Source of the DNA: Octopus vulgaris
Taxonomy: Eukaryota
Reading direction: 5' to 3'
NCBI GenBank assembly: GCA_951406725.2
Contig: OX597814.1
Location: 181,350,001 to 181,414,000 of the forward strand
Length of the DNA stretch: 64,000 bases
Made by a program: the position numbers and the translations under genes. This document shows positions 47,346-59,497 of the stretch, in pieces. The stretch's first letter is position 1. Each line of letters opens with the position of its first letter. The notes under the pieces were generated by a model that saw only the letters and a program-made list of their open reading frames with translations, had not been told where the DNA came from and ran no database searches.

Positions 47346-48848
47346 CTTTTGACAGTTTCTTAGATGATACAAATATGTATACATGTACATTTATGTATAT
47401 AACATGCAACACATACCTGCATTTTGTGGATGTATATGCATCCATATCTTGAACATAAAATAGTCACTGAAATTCTAAGTTCAAAAAAATATAAGTTACA
47501 AATCATGTGATATCTTAAATATATGTGTTATGTATAACACATGTGTAATCTCATATAGTCCTATCCAGAATGGTGGTGATTACCAACATTTTTAAGTGAA
47601 TATTTGAAAAACTGTGGAAATTCTTTCCACATGACATCATTGATAGCACTGTTAAACCACATATATGAAATAAAATTAGGTAATTTCACATATTGTTGAA
47701 GTATGTATCACTGCATTTAGTTTCTACTAACCAACCACCAAGTAATAGTTCAGAGTGAGGCAAGTAGAGGAAGTGAAGCTTGCCTGAAGCCACAGCACAC
47801 ATGCTGTAGCAAGGCTTCATGCCCATGTAATTAATATTTGAACACATCAGCCACTGTGCTTTTTCTTTCAACTTTTAATTCCCTCTTTCAATGTATGTGA
47901 TACCTTCCAAATTCTGTTAAGTTTTTCTACCATTTCTATAACTAGCAATGGTATTTCTTTCTCTAGAAACAATCTTTTAAATGACTTTACAATTATTTAC
48001 ATGTGAATGGGATATTCTATAATTGAGTGGTTAGAACACGGTACCCTGGTTAATTTTATTTAATGATTTATGGCTAATCAAATCATAATTAATCACAGAT
48101 TAATTTTAAGTCTTTTTCTTACTTCTACATGCTTCAAATGCTACCCACAGTCATATGCCCCTGATATTTTCTGGTTTCCTTTGCCAAGGCAGAACAATAG
48201 AAACTATATATGTTAATTATAAGTCAAAACTGGGCTTCGTTAACATTATATATAGGACTTAGAAAAGTGTAATTAAAGATATATAAAAAAAGAAAAAGAT
48301 GAATAGGCAAGAATGAAATAAAAGGACTTTAGTTACTCTACCCTGAAATTTAATCCACAATGAATTCCATCTTAATACAAGTGTCTTAATGTATTTAATA
48401 AACCAAAAAAATTGTTGTGTAGCTTTGGATTATCACTAATTGTTGGAGTTAATATTCTGCACCTTTTAAATAAATATTTATTTATGTATTTATTTTACCA
48501 ATTTTTTTACTTATTCAGATTTAACTAGACCCATCAAATACTCAGAAAAATTCTAATTCACAATTTGAGTGACATTCTAGAAGTAAACTTAATTATTTAA
48601 TTATGTCCCTTTTATTGTAAAATACTCAGCCAATGTTGTCATTTACAGCAATGACAAGCCTGAAATTGTTCTTCTGATGGAAGATATAACCAGATGATAT
48701 AAATATTCAAAAATTTCATAGAAACTCCACTGACCTTAAGAGACTATTATTTTCATAAATAATGATTATCATCATAGAGATCCATGTTTATTGTTCGTTT
48801 TCTTCCTGATAAGATCAGTAGGAAAGTAGTTGTTCTAATAGAGTACTT

Positions 48849-49216
48849 TTTTATCTTTTCTCTTTTATTTGTTTCTGTCATTAGACTGTGGCTATGCTGT
48901 GGCACCACCTCGAAGGGTTTAGTTGAACAAATCAACCCCAGTACTTTTTTTTAAGCCTGGTACATATTCAATCAAACTTTTTGCTGAATTGCTAAGTTAC
49001 ATGGACATAAACAAACCAATGCCAGTTGTCAAGCAGTGGTGAAAGAAATACACACACACACATGCACACCCATACTCACATAAACAACAGGCTTCTTTCA
49101 GTTTCTGTCTACCGAATCTACTCACAAGGCTTTGGTCAGCCCAAGATGCCACATAGTACTACTGAATCCAGAACCATGTGGCTGAGAAGTAAACTTCTTA
49201 TCACACAGTCACACCT
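48849..49216 (-). mobile_element. SINE family A, inverted, near full length
   Basis: ttttatttgtttctgtcattagactgtggctatgctg ... ggcttctttcagtttctgtctaccgaatctactcacaaggctttggtc ... tcacacagtcacacct is the reverse complement of family A. Confidence 0.85.
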
Positions 49217-52200
49217 CTAAATTGTTCTTTGAAAGTTTATTGTTAACAATAAAGAACAGAACTATTTATATCACTGCAGTTGCTGAAAATTATATATAAG
49301 CAGTATAAATCAATAGAAAGAAAAAAATCTGGAAATGGTTAATGTTAGACATGCTAATCGTTATTCTAAGAGGACATTACTATTTGGCCCTTTTCCGTTG
49401 AAATCCTTTTTTTTTTTTTTTCTATCCTATATTAACATTGTTTACGTATATCTTAAATTGAAAATGTCAAGCTCTATTCTGTAAAATTCCTATAATATAG
49501 TTTACAGTTTGGTTCACATAAGTTAAGGGTTTGTCAAATTTACAAAACTAACCTTTAATACGCTTGGAATATTTGAAAGAAAATTAACTTAAGGAGTACA
49601 CAAGTTCAGATAGTTTAGTAAAATAGTGTTTACCAGTGAGCAGCAGCTAGTCTACAAAAGCTTTTTTTATCAATACATTGCTTCCCTCCTTACTAAGAAG
49701 CCACTATAAACAATCCAGAGAAACCAGGGAACATTTGGATATAAGTAATTATACTAAATAAAGTATCAGACTGTTAAAAGTAGAATCACCAACTTTAAAT
49801 CCTCTAAATCTTACATTTATCAGTAGTCTGATATTGATTTAGCTTACTCTGTTTAAAATTTAACTTGCACAAAGATTGTTGAATTTGTTCAGCAGAAATC
49901 CAAAATTATATTAAAATTTTTGTCTAGCATAAATCTTTTTGGTTATATTCGTAGCAAGAGCTTAAAATTATTCCATTAAGATAGCATACAGAACAAAAGT
50001 TATGTGTATAAAGATCTATTAATCACCCATAAAATGATGATATTATTGAAGATCTACTGAAATGTTATAACTTTGAAATAATTAGTGCCTCTGCATTCAC
50101 ACTTTATCCAACAAATACTGTCAAAGTAAAGTATATAAAATAATTCCTAATAGTTATTATGATTTAGTAGAAATACAGTAATATTTTCTTTAGCAGCTGG
50201 GATTTTGAGCATAAATTAAAACTATCATGCAATACTATTGAAAACTCCTTATTAATTCTTCGTCATATTTTCTATTAGTTTATAATTTGATTCATGCCTA
50301 TCAATATAAACTTGCAAAACTTTTGGATTTTTTTTTTTTTTAGCAGGAAGGGTAAGGAAATCTAACTGTAGCACAACTGTCTTTTTCATACAAGCTCATA
50401 TACACCTCCCCATACAGACAGCTGGTGTATATTTTTTCATAAACTTTATGAATATCCTGCCATTATATATTTCATCTTTAAAAAAATATTTACAACAGAT
50501 GATTGGAGAGTTAGCTATCTGAAAGTAAATATTTGTTTTTTAACGTGACTATTCTTGGCAGTTAATTTTTATACTGAGATTTATTTGATAAAATGGTCAT
50601 AGCTTAGGAGAGTAAGTAGGATTGTGATTTTTGTTATATTATCCTTCAGGGTTTAAGCCTCCAACCTTAATATACTATTAGTAATACAGTATATAAGACA
50701 GCTGAGCAAGTCAAACAACTATAGAATTCTAAATATTTGTTAACAGAAGCATTTTTTAAAAAATCATTATCTTTGGTGTGTAATGTATTGCTTATTTCTT
50801 ATTATAGCTTTTTTGAAGCAAAATAAAAGGGAGTGAAATAAGGGCTGTTATTTAAGTATAGAGGCAAATGAAGAATTGAAATATTTACTGGAGTTGTAAG
50901 TTCAGTTGACTCCAAGCGCATCGTTAGGTTTTTGGAAAGAACAGTTTATTCTACATTACTTTGGTTGTTGAAAGTATGTGGAGGCAGATGTTGGTATACT
51001 TTAACAATACATAGAATTTCAATTTCTGTATACTCCAGTCATACATGTACTCTATCTGTTTTCTAGAAACCAAAAATCTAGTGGCATCTCTTTTAATCTC
51101 TTTTTATGTGAGGATACTCAAATTTCTCGTGAACATTATTACATTTTTCAACATGACAAACATTTGTTTATCTACTGGTAGCATATGAAGGTAGAAAAAC
51201 TCTTACTAGCACTAACTGTAGATATGATGGTGCAATTGTTTAAAACCAAATCTTACACTATTTGCTAGCTCCCTAAGGACCATCTCATTGTGAAGAGTAA
51301 GTAAATTGATAACTTCACTGCAGAGAATGCAGTGTGAGGGTATGAAAGAGGGAAAGGTAAATATATGCCCTTTACAGTTACATTTCAAGAGAGTGTCTGA
51401 TGAAGGGCCTGTGGTTAGAAGGTTAGCATGTGACATTAGAATTTGTTTTAAATATTTGCACCTTCATTATAGATGAAGGTTTGGAAGGCTGTTTCCATCT
51501 TTATAACAGGATTTTAATTAATAAAGGTGGGAATTTACTCAAGATTACTAATATGTAGCCTCTTTTAATCTAACAAAATAGATAACCCATCATGGGTCTG
51601 AAACCAAGGATGCTGGAAAATTGATGTTCTGTGTATAGCTTAGCTTTGATTTCACTATATTTGTTTCATGCCCATATGCTCTTACATATATGATTCACAA
51701 AATATACAGTATCCTAAATGTTTATTGAGAACCTAAATTTCATGTTCCATCATAGATGGGACAAGACAACTTGATTATTGAAATGAGTAGTGATAACAGC
51801 TAAGCCAAGCTTAATCAAGTATCTTCTCTGGAACATGAAACTTAAGTCATTGCCAGTGAACATCTAAGATTCTGATTATGAAATATTTATAACTCTCAAA
51901 TGTATTGGGTGCTTTAATTTGCTGTGCCTATCAACAAATGAACAATGAGTGTGCAATTTTTTTTTAAATGAATATGTGGCCTTTTCTAAATAGGTTTATC
52001 TTTTTACATAATCAGAAGTGGAACTTTATCTTATGAGACTAAAAGGAAAAGCTATGCCATTCCAAGAGGGTTTATGTGAGTCTTGCTCATAGACACAGAA
52101 ATACACACATTGATATTTTAAAGCACAAATTTGTCCATGATTTTTAGTTTTAACTTGATAGCTATGCATGTATTTTTTTGGCATTAACACTTCAGTTGAC

Positions 52201-53049
52201 AGTTATCTCTGAAATAATTATGCTTGTGCATGCACACACACAAACACACACACATATGCACACAGTCATTCATTGATTCATATTTAAAATAAGCTTTTCT
52301 TTGTGTATGCAATAAATACTGTGAGGAGTGATAATCATCAACATATAACAAGATCAAGAATACAGAAATGCTACAAAATCTTTTGATATTTCATAATAGA
52401 TTATTAAGTAATAATGTGAATTAAACAGTTTTTATGTATTCTTAAGTGACTAAAATGACTTCAATGATACAAGGATATAAAGCATTTCAGAAACAACACT
52501 CTATCATTTCCATGATTCACCTTGAAAATATATATTTGTTGAAAATAGAATTGAGAAAATAAAGAATAAAACATGTTAATTACTTTTGAGAAAGTAAATG
52601 ATTTTGATGTTCACAATATAAATATATTCTGCCAAAGCATGATGAAATTTTTTTTTGGTTTTCCTTTTAATTTAAAAATATATTTGTTATTCATAATACT
52701 TGTAGTTTTAATTATTTAATATCACTAGTTTTTTAAGTACTAAAATATCAATTTTTGTTTATTCTGTTGAAAACTGTTTTAGAATGTTTGGCATTTTTAT
52801 CAAAAGACTCATAAATAATGAATTATTCTTTTATTTAGGAATTAATAAGAAATATAATTTTAAAGCTTCGATTATTCAAGTGTTCTTGTATAAAGTATCT
52901 AGTATTTCAAACTGATTAAAAAACTTGTAATAATATTTTATCAAATCTTCTTATTGTATTGATAACAAATAGGTGTTGTGCTTCTACCATCCGTAACAAA
53001 TATTGTCAATTGTGTTTAACTTTTTTTTCTCCATTTTTATCTTTTATAG

Positions 53050-53433
53050 AATGATGAGCAAATCTTCAACTGAAGAGAGTGAGCTTGAAACTCCTCCTCC
53101 TCTTCCGGAAAAGCAGCGCATCTCAAGTGCCACCACCTTAAACATGATGGGAAGCAGCAAAGGAGATAGCAATGGCCACTCTTCTTCAAGCCAATCCCCA
53201 CTTAGTAGCATGCTTTTTCCTAGTCCTTCTCAAGACCATTCTCTCGGTGGTTGTAGCAATAGCTCAGGACTAGTAACTCCATCCAGTCAATCGCCACGCA
53301 GTTGTTCCCCTTTAAGTCGCTCTCCCGCCAGCAGTATTGGTTCTGGTCTCAACCAATCGATGGATGATTTACTTAGCAGTAGTAATCGAAGTAGTAGAAC
53401 TAATAGTTTTTCTTATGCATCTTCAGATTCAAG
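53050..53433 (+). CDS. RAPGEF1: RAPGEF1/C3G-like exon E (Ser-rich, PPPLPEK motif), phase 2-2
   Basis: Acceptor cttttatag and donor AG|gttagc. TPPPLPEKQR and SPLSRSPASSIG...SMDDL resemble C3G SPRLSPCSSIG..SDEQL. Confidence 0.9.
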
Positions 53434-53829
53434 GTTAGCTTTCATTCTTATTTCTACATAATTTTATTTCCATATGTAAATTCATTAACTTACTTCTATA
53501 GGGAAAACAATCTTGCACCATTCATCTATGAATCAATATAGCTCAATTTAAAGTATTATAAAATTAATCCATTTGCCAACTGTATTAAAGAAACAATATT
53601 GTATTAAATAAACTATGTTTATTAATGATATTTTTCTTTTTAACTTTGCAATTGTAAATACATAAAAATATAATTTCAAAAATTTAAAAACTTTCTTTGA
53701 ATCTTAGTAAATTTTTCTAATTTTTCTATTTTTAAAAATATTTTGTCCTTTTTTTTCTCTTTCCTATTTACAAAATTTTAATCTGAAATATCAAGATTTC
53801 ATATGTTTATATCAAATGTTTAATTGCAG

Positions 53830-54347
53830 GAGTGCTACGATGGAAAGCAGTGTTGAATATGCTCTTGCTGTTGATGAAATTAACCAGCTGACCAAAAAGA
53901 TCAACCAGCTAACAACAAGCATCAAGGATGTTCCACCTCCTGTGCCTGCAAAGGGTTCAAAATCACCCCGCTTCCCATCACATTACGACAATGTACCACT
54001 GGGAGAAGGTTCTGGGGGCTTACCGGTCAGTGGCTTGGTGGGGATATGTGCTAATACTACTGGCATGAGCCAAACCATCAGTCACATGAGCAGTCATAGC
54101 ACTTCTTGTAGCAGTAGCAGTAGCCTGAATACACGCATGGTCTCTCATTTCAACAGTGCTATGGCTGGTGCCAGTGGCATGCCATCCTTCTCACACTTTC
54201 ACTCTCATAAATCCAGCTCTTATTTCTTCTCACAAAGTTCACAAGAAACCATATCCAGTTCAGAATTCTCATCTGGTATCAGTCATTCAAGTTTGGAGAG
54301 TTTACATCAGCATGGACCACCACCATTACCACCAAAGAAGAAACATA
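53830..54347 (+). CDS. RAPGEF1: RAPGEF1/C3G-like exon F, phase 2-1
   Basis: Acceptor aattgcag and donor A|gtatgt. Contains PPPVPAK, RFPSHYDNV (like human RHPSQYDNI) and PPPLPPKKKH. Confidence 0.92.
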
Positions 54348-55505
54348 GTATGTGGTTTCAAATTGTTTTTCTACATTTTTGTAATGTTACAATACTTCTC
54401 CAAATTTAGAATCTCCAAATTAAAAAAAAAATTTTTTTTTAGTAGGATAAAGAATTATACTTTATATTAAGAAATAACAAAACACAAATCTTATATACTA
54501 AAATTTATTGGGCTTCTTTTTTACTATATGGAGATGGAATTAAAAAGAAGAGTTTGGGTTATGGGAAACTGATGACCTTACCAGATAAGTAAAGCAGTTT
54601 TCATCTTGGAAAAACTGAAGTTTCATTGACTTTTACTGAAGGATTATAGATAGCCAAAAATATTGCTAAGCAAAATTAATAACATGACAAATTGCTATTT
54701 TGTTATGTTATTAATTTGCTGCCTTATTCCTATTTCACATCACACCCACATTAATGTTTTCTGTTCCTTCTTATGAATCACCATTACTTTACACCTATTG
54801 CCTGAAAAGACAAAAATGATTTACTTTTTGTCTTTCACTGCACTTTCACCTTCAAAATGTAACTGCAATGATGTTTTATTCTCACAATAGACTAATGGAA
54901 TTAGTTATTGTGAACTCATATCAGTGTATCACCACTTTCACCACCAATTGCATAAAATACAGAAACTATGTCCTCATGATCTACTCAAGTTTAATCTCCT
55001 AACTACACAGAGTTTTAGTAACCTACTGAAGCTCTCAACAGTCTACTGAGCTAATTTGGTGACATCTGATGAATAAATCAAATAACAAGCAAACAGTTAT
55101 ATACACTCATGCATTGTTATATCGGAACATTATTTTTAACAGTTAACTAATAAGGTAACAAATTTACTTGAAAGCTAAATTATTTGGGATTGATTACATT
55201 TTATATAAAGTTAAAATAAATATCACCAAATAGGTTTTCATTTGCTGTTTTCTTGAGTAGGGTCCAAATTTCATTTCATCCCCATTTCAGTATTCAAAAT
55301 TAATTTTTTAGGGTTGGGGGGATCCAAAAGTTTTTAGAATCCTATTAAATTTCTTTTCATTCCCTTTATTTTTTTCACCTACACATTTTATCACTATTTT
55401 GGTATTCATTTTGTATAGAATTGATAATAAAATAATTTTTGTCTTAGTAATAACAAATCTTTGATTTCATCATTAATATAATTCCCTTTTACGTCTGTTT
55501 TCCAG

Positions 55506-55765
55506 TTCAAACGTATATGCAAACATTTGGCTCCTGTGTGCAGCCTAATGCTACAGAATTAGCGCACATATCTCGCCGATCACTTAACTTCTTCGAGGCT
55601 GAATGGAAACATCACCAGAAAGAGTTACATAGGTCAATATATCCTCGATCTAATACTATCAGTGTCATCTCTGATATCTCTAGTGGAAGTTCAGATAATA
55701 CGTCTGGCATTGGCTCAGCTGAAAATATGGGAACTCCTCCTGCACTTCCAGCTAAATTGGGACGA
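55506..55765 (+). CDS. RAPGEF1: RAPGEF1/C3G-like exon G, phase 1-0
   Basis: Acceptor gttttccag and donor CGA|gtaagt. The junction gives KKKHIQTYMQTFG (like human KNKHMLAYMQLL), and the exon ends in PPALPAK. Confidence 0.92.
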
Positions 55766-57689
55766 GTAAGTATTCCAGAAAATAACTGGACATTTTGAAT
55801 ATTTAACATGCACAAAACACCACTGAGAAAATTGTTTGTAATTCTATTTTTGTTTAATTTATATATATATACTGTTTGGTAAAAGTTTTCTTTATAACCA
55901 TGTGATTCCAGATTTTCATTCTACTGCAATGCATGTTGGGTAAGGATCATCTATCATAGCTTCAGGCTGACCACTCTCTTACCAGTGAAATATAGTAGAT
56001 CAAAACTGCAGTCCACGTGTGTGTTTGTATATAGCAGTGTAAAATGCATATTTAAATCCATGGTAAGAGAGGTTACTCTCAGAAGGGACATAAATCTGAT
56101 CAAATTTATACTATTACATAAACATAGATATAATTAATAGCAGTCTACACCAAATAAAATAATGTTTCCATGTCATTTTGCCATCATTAACTGCTGCCTT
56201 CTTGATCTATGAGTCTTGAGGACCAAGTACTGCAGGAAACTTTTTTATGAATTAACTGGGATATCATTATTAATGCAGGAGCAGAAGAAGGAACTTTAAA
56301 AAAAAAAAAACATAAAAAATTGAGAGTTAAAGTGAAAATAGCAAAATGATTAATACTTAGAAATTTCATAGACTATTCATGAAGCAGTAGTATTAATTAT
56401 GTGTCAGAATGTGTGTTGAATGTATGAATGACATTATTCTAAAATAACCAAATTAAGTTTGTAAAAATATATAACCAGCTGGAATGATAAAAGATGTATA
56501 TGAATTTTTATATAGAGATTAGAATATAAGGCAACCTGAGTCTTATAAACACAAGATTAGAGTCTGGATTATTGGCAGAAAGTGATTCAGGTGCTGCATT
56601 GCTGTTTAAAATGAACTGCAAACATCTCTGTTACAAGCATGTTTCCTTGATTTATTAGTATTTTCTAAGAAAACAATGTTTTTCATATAAAATAATACCA
56701 GTTATCATTGCCTTCCATGCTGCCATGTGTTGGACTTACTCCAACTCACGATGGTCTTTTTTTTTTTTGTTGGAAGTCACTGTTTTCATAGATTGGTGCT
56801 AATACATGTCATTTGACTTGGCTTCTACAGTTGGATGCTCTTCCTATTGCCAACCTCTTTACTGAGTATGTTGGTGCATTTTCTTGTAGCACTAACACAG
56901 GAGCAGTTGAATAGTCTTTGGCACAAGCTGCATAATATTATATATTATTGGCTAATAACTCATTTTATACAGTGATATTTTTAACAAAATTTAAATAACC
57001 TTATATTTCAAATTTTTAGAGAAGTTATGAGGCAAAAATTATTTAATAGACTTACATAAGAGCATTTTAAATTGTATACAAAATACTAAGATATAACTAA
57101 ATAAAATAAATTATAGCTTTATGAAACCAGTCAAAATTATGATTATTTGTGAATTTAATCAAAAGCATATAGGGGCACATCTTACTTAGAAGTATAGTAA
57201 CAAAACTTTTTGTATGTGTGTGTGTGTTAATACCAGCTGGTGAATTCTCATAATGATCTAAATATATCAATCAAATTTTAAATTAATTTGCTGATGAAGA
57301 AGACTATGAATGTCAAGCAAAAGCATCATTTATAAAATATTTTCAAGAAAGGGCCTGCTAAAATTGAGCCCTAAATATACTTTTTGAGTCCTGATTATAC
57401 TTTCCAACACAGCATTTTACCATTTATTGTGTTCATTTATCATCTTCTCTATGAGGGTTGACATTCTGAGATTAAATTTCACCATTTCTGTCCATGCATG
57501 TCTTCCTTGATCTTCCTCTTCCACAGTTTCCTTCTACTTGGAATTTTCCTAGCTCTGTACCCATTTAGCATCAATACCAATGTCTTCAACTATCAAGCAT
57601 TCTACATCTGATGCCATTTTTGCCTATTTTTCTCTCAGCTCATTTACTTGATTCATTCAATTATTTTAACAAACCATTTTTGTAATTAG

Positions 57690-57826
57690 TCTTCTAACAG
57701 ACAGAGCCAAGCATCTACAATATCCAGCCAATCAGATGCCTCAATTGAAGGTCCTGCAGAAGTAGTTCGAGAAAAATCTGCTAGTATGATAGAACCGCCA
57801 GTTGTTCCACCTACAACTCCTGAAAT
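57690..57826 (+). CDS. RAPGEF1: RAPGEF1/C3G-like exon H (absent from the + strand ORF track), phase 0-2
   Basis: Acceptor ttttgtaattag and donor AT|gtaagt. The open frame is SSNRQSQASTISSQSDASIEGPAEVVREKSASMIEPPVVPPTTPE, and its phases bridge exons G and I. Confidence 0.8.
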
Positions 57827-58240
57827 GTAAGTAAAATACAATATACACTGATTCATTAGTATAACTATGTTAATGCTATAGTCATACAATGGGGTTTTAG
57901 AGTCAAACTCTTTTTTTATTTATTTAACTTTTCATCTCAGAAAACCTATGTGTATGTACATATATTTCGTAACCAGTGGACAAAGAGGTACTTGCCTAAA
58001 ATAATGTACTAATTAATTATTATACATTCAGTGTACATATACTTTTGTCAGTGTCAAATTTTGCTTTGCCCAACATAGAATTTTGGCATATGCTTGACTA
58101 TTAAAAATTAGAAGGAAGTTACCCCATTGCAAAATTTCAGTTATCCAAGTGAAAAACTGATTTTACAACTTAGAATATTCAGCAATACACACCTTCACTT
58201 TTATATATGAAGATTACTTTTGTTATTCAAGCCTTCATAG

Positions 58241-58427
58241 AAATCAATTGTCTTATAGGGAACTGAAGCGGTCATCAGCCCCTGCTGAAGTTAGTGAACA
58301 GACGAAAAAAAATGATAAATCCGTATCTCCAAAATCGGAAATCCTTAAAGATGCTGACTCAGACTTTATAGAATTGAAACCATTAGATGATGTGGATGTT
58401 TCTGATCAATTGATCAGAAAAAGACAA
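58241..58427 (+). CDS. RAPGEF1: RAPGEF1/C3G-like exon I, phase 2-0 (alternative in-frame start at 58259)
   Basis: Acceptor ccttcatag (or tcttatag) and donor CAA|gtaagt. LKPLDDVDVSDQLIRKRQ resembles the pre-REM segment of C3G. Confidence 0.85.
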
Positions 58428-58849
58428 GTAAGTATTGCATTCTCTATTTCTACACTAGAATAAGAACTTGATACACTCACCACTCTTTAAAATGAAATTT
58501 CTCCTAATCATCCTTCTTCTCCAATTTAGATATCTATAGCCTATATAGACATAGATATCTAAATTGTAATGGATGATAAATGGAAAAAAAAAATAATTTG
58601 AATTCGTAAGTTTCTTGCTCTTATTTCTCTGATCCATCTGATGAAAAATAGAGCACTGGAAAACTGAGAAAATTGCAGGATGTTAAAAGCATCAGTTAGT
58701 GTTCATGTCTGGGACACATACATTGAAATTTATATATGCTACTAAATGGTAAGTGTTGTGTAAACAGTACAATGTGCCTGTCAGAGGAAATAGTATGCTC
58801 ACAAACAAAATGAGATTTGTAGAGACTTGCTATGTTACAAATAGTCCAA

Positions 58850-59164
58850 CTTTAACACTGTGGAAAGGAATCCGGAGCAGAGGTAGACCCAAGAAGACAT
58901 GGGATGAGGTGGTCAAGCATGACCTTTGTACATTGGGCCTCACAGAGGCTATGATGAAAGACCAAGACCTCTGGAGATATGCTGTGACTTCGAAGACCCA
59001 ACAAATGAAGTGAGTTCATGGCTTGCAGGATGGCCTGCCATGCTGCCCTTAGATCATAGAGTGACCTGCTGTGCTTGAAGAGACCTATTGAGTCAAGTGC
59101 GTCAATACCAACATCAACCCATGCTAGCATAGAAAACGAATGTTAAACGATGATGATGATGATG
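58850..59164 (+). mobile_element. RTE-clade LINE 3' end (ORF C-terminus, 3' UTR, (GAT)n tail)
   Basis: GIRSRGRPKKTWDEVVKHDL..LGLTEAMMKDQDLWRYAV is a typical RTE C-terminus. The element ends acccatgctagcatagaaaacgaatgttaaacgatgatgatgat. Confidence 0.88.
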
Positions 59165-59421
59165 AATAGCAACTGTGCCTCAGTTGCATTCAAATCATAC
59201 ACACATTAGATATCTAGTATCTTTCCTTTCTTTTGTATCTACACAGATACTCAAAGAGAAAATATCAAATTCAAAATGTTTCTTCATTCCTATATAGATT
59301 GACACTATTTAATAGATAGGTATTTAACTCTTATTTATTACTTGATTTCAGGCATTCTTATATTTCTCAATAACTACTGACTCATCTAATTTTCCGTATT
59401 TGTCATGTTTCTATCTTTTAG

Positions 59422-59497
59422 ACAGAAGTGGGACCAGAAATAAGAGGTGGATCAGTCGATGCTCTTCTTGTGCATGCTACAGTTGCAAGCAAAAGTG
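59422..59497 (+). CDS. RAPGEF1: RAPGEF1/C3G-like exon J (start of REM domain), phase 0-1
   Basis: Acceptor atcttttag and donor G|gtaagt. TEVGPEIRGGSVDALLVHATVASKS matches C3G DGPDVRGGSGDILLVHAT. Confidence 0.93.

Larger units (their letters stand above)
46255..47661. mobile_element. Outer inverted-repeat element (arms 46301-46420 and 47542-47661) enclosing two further palindromes
   Basis: gttaccaatggtttcatctggaaagaatttctacacttttccaagtgttcagttaaaaatgttggtaat is a diverged reverse complement of attaccaacatttttaagtgaatatttgaaaaactgtggaaattctttccacatgacatcattgatagc. Confidence 0.7.
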
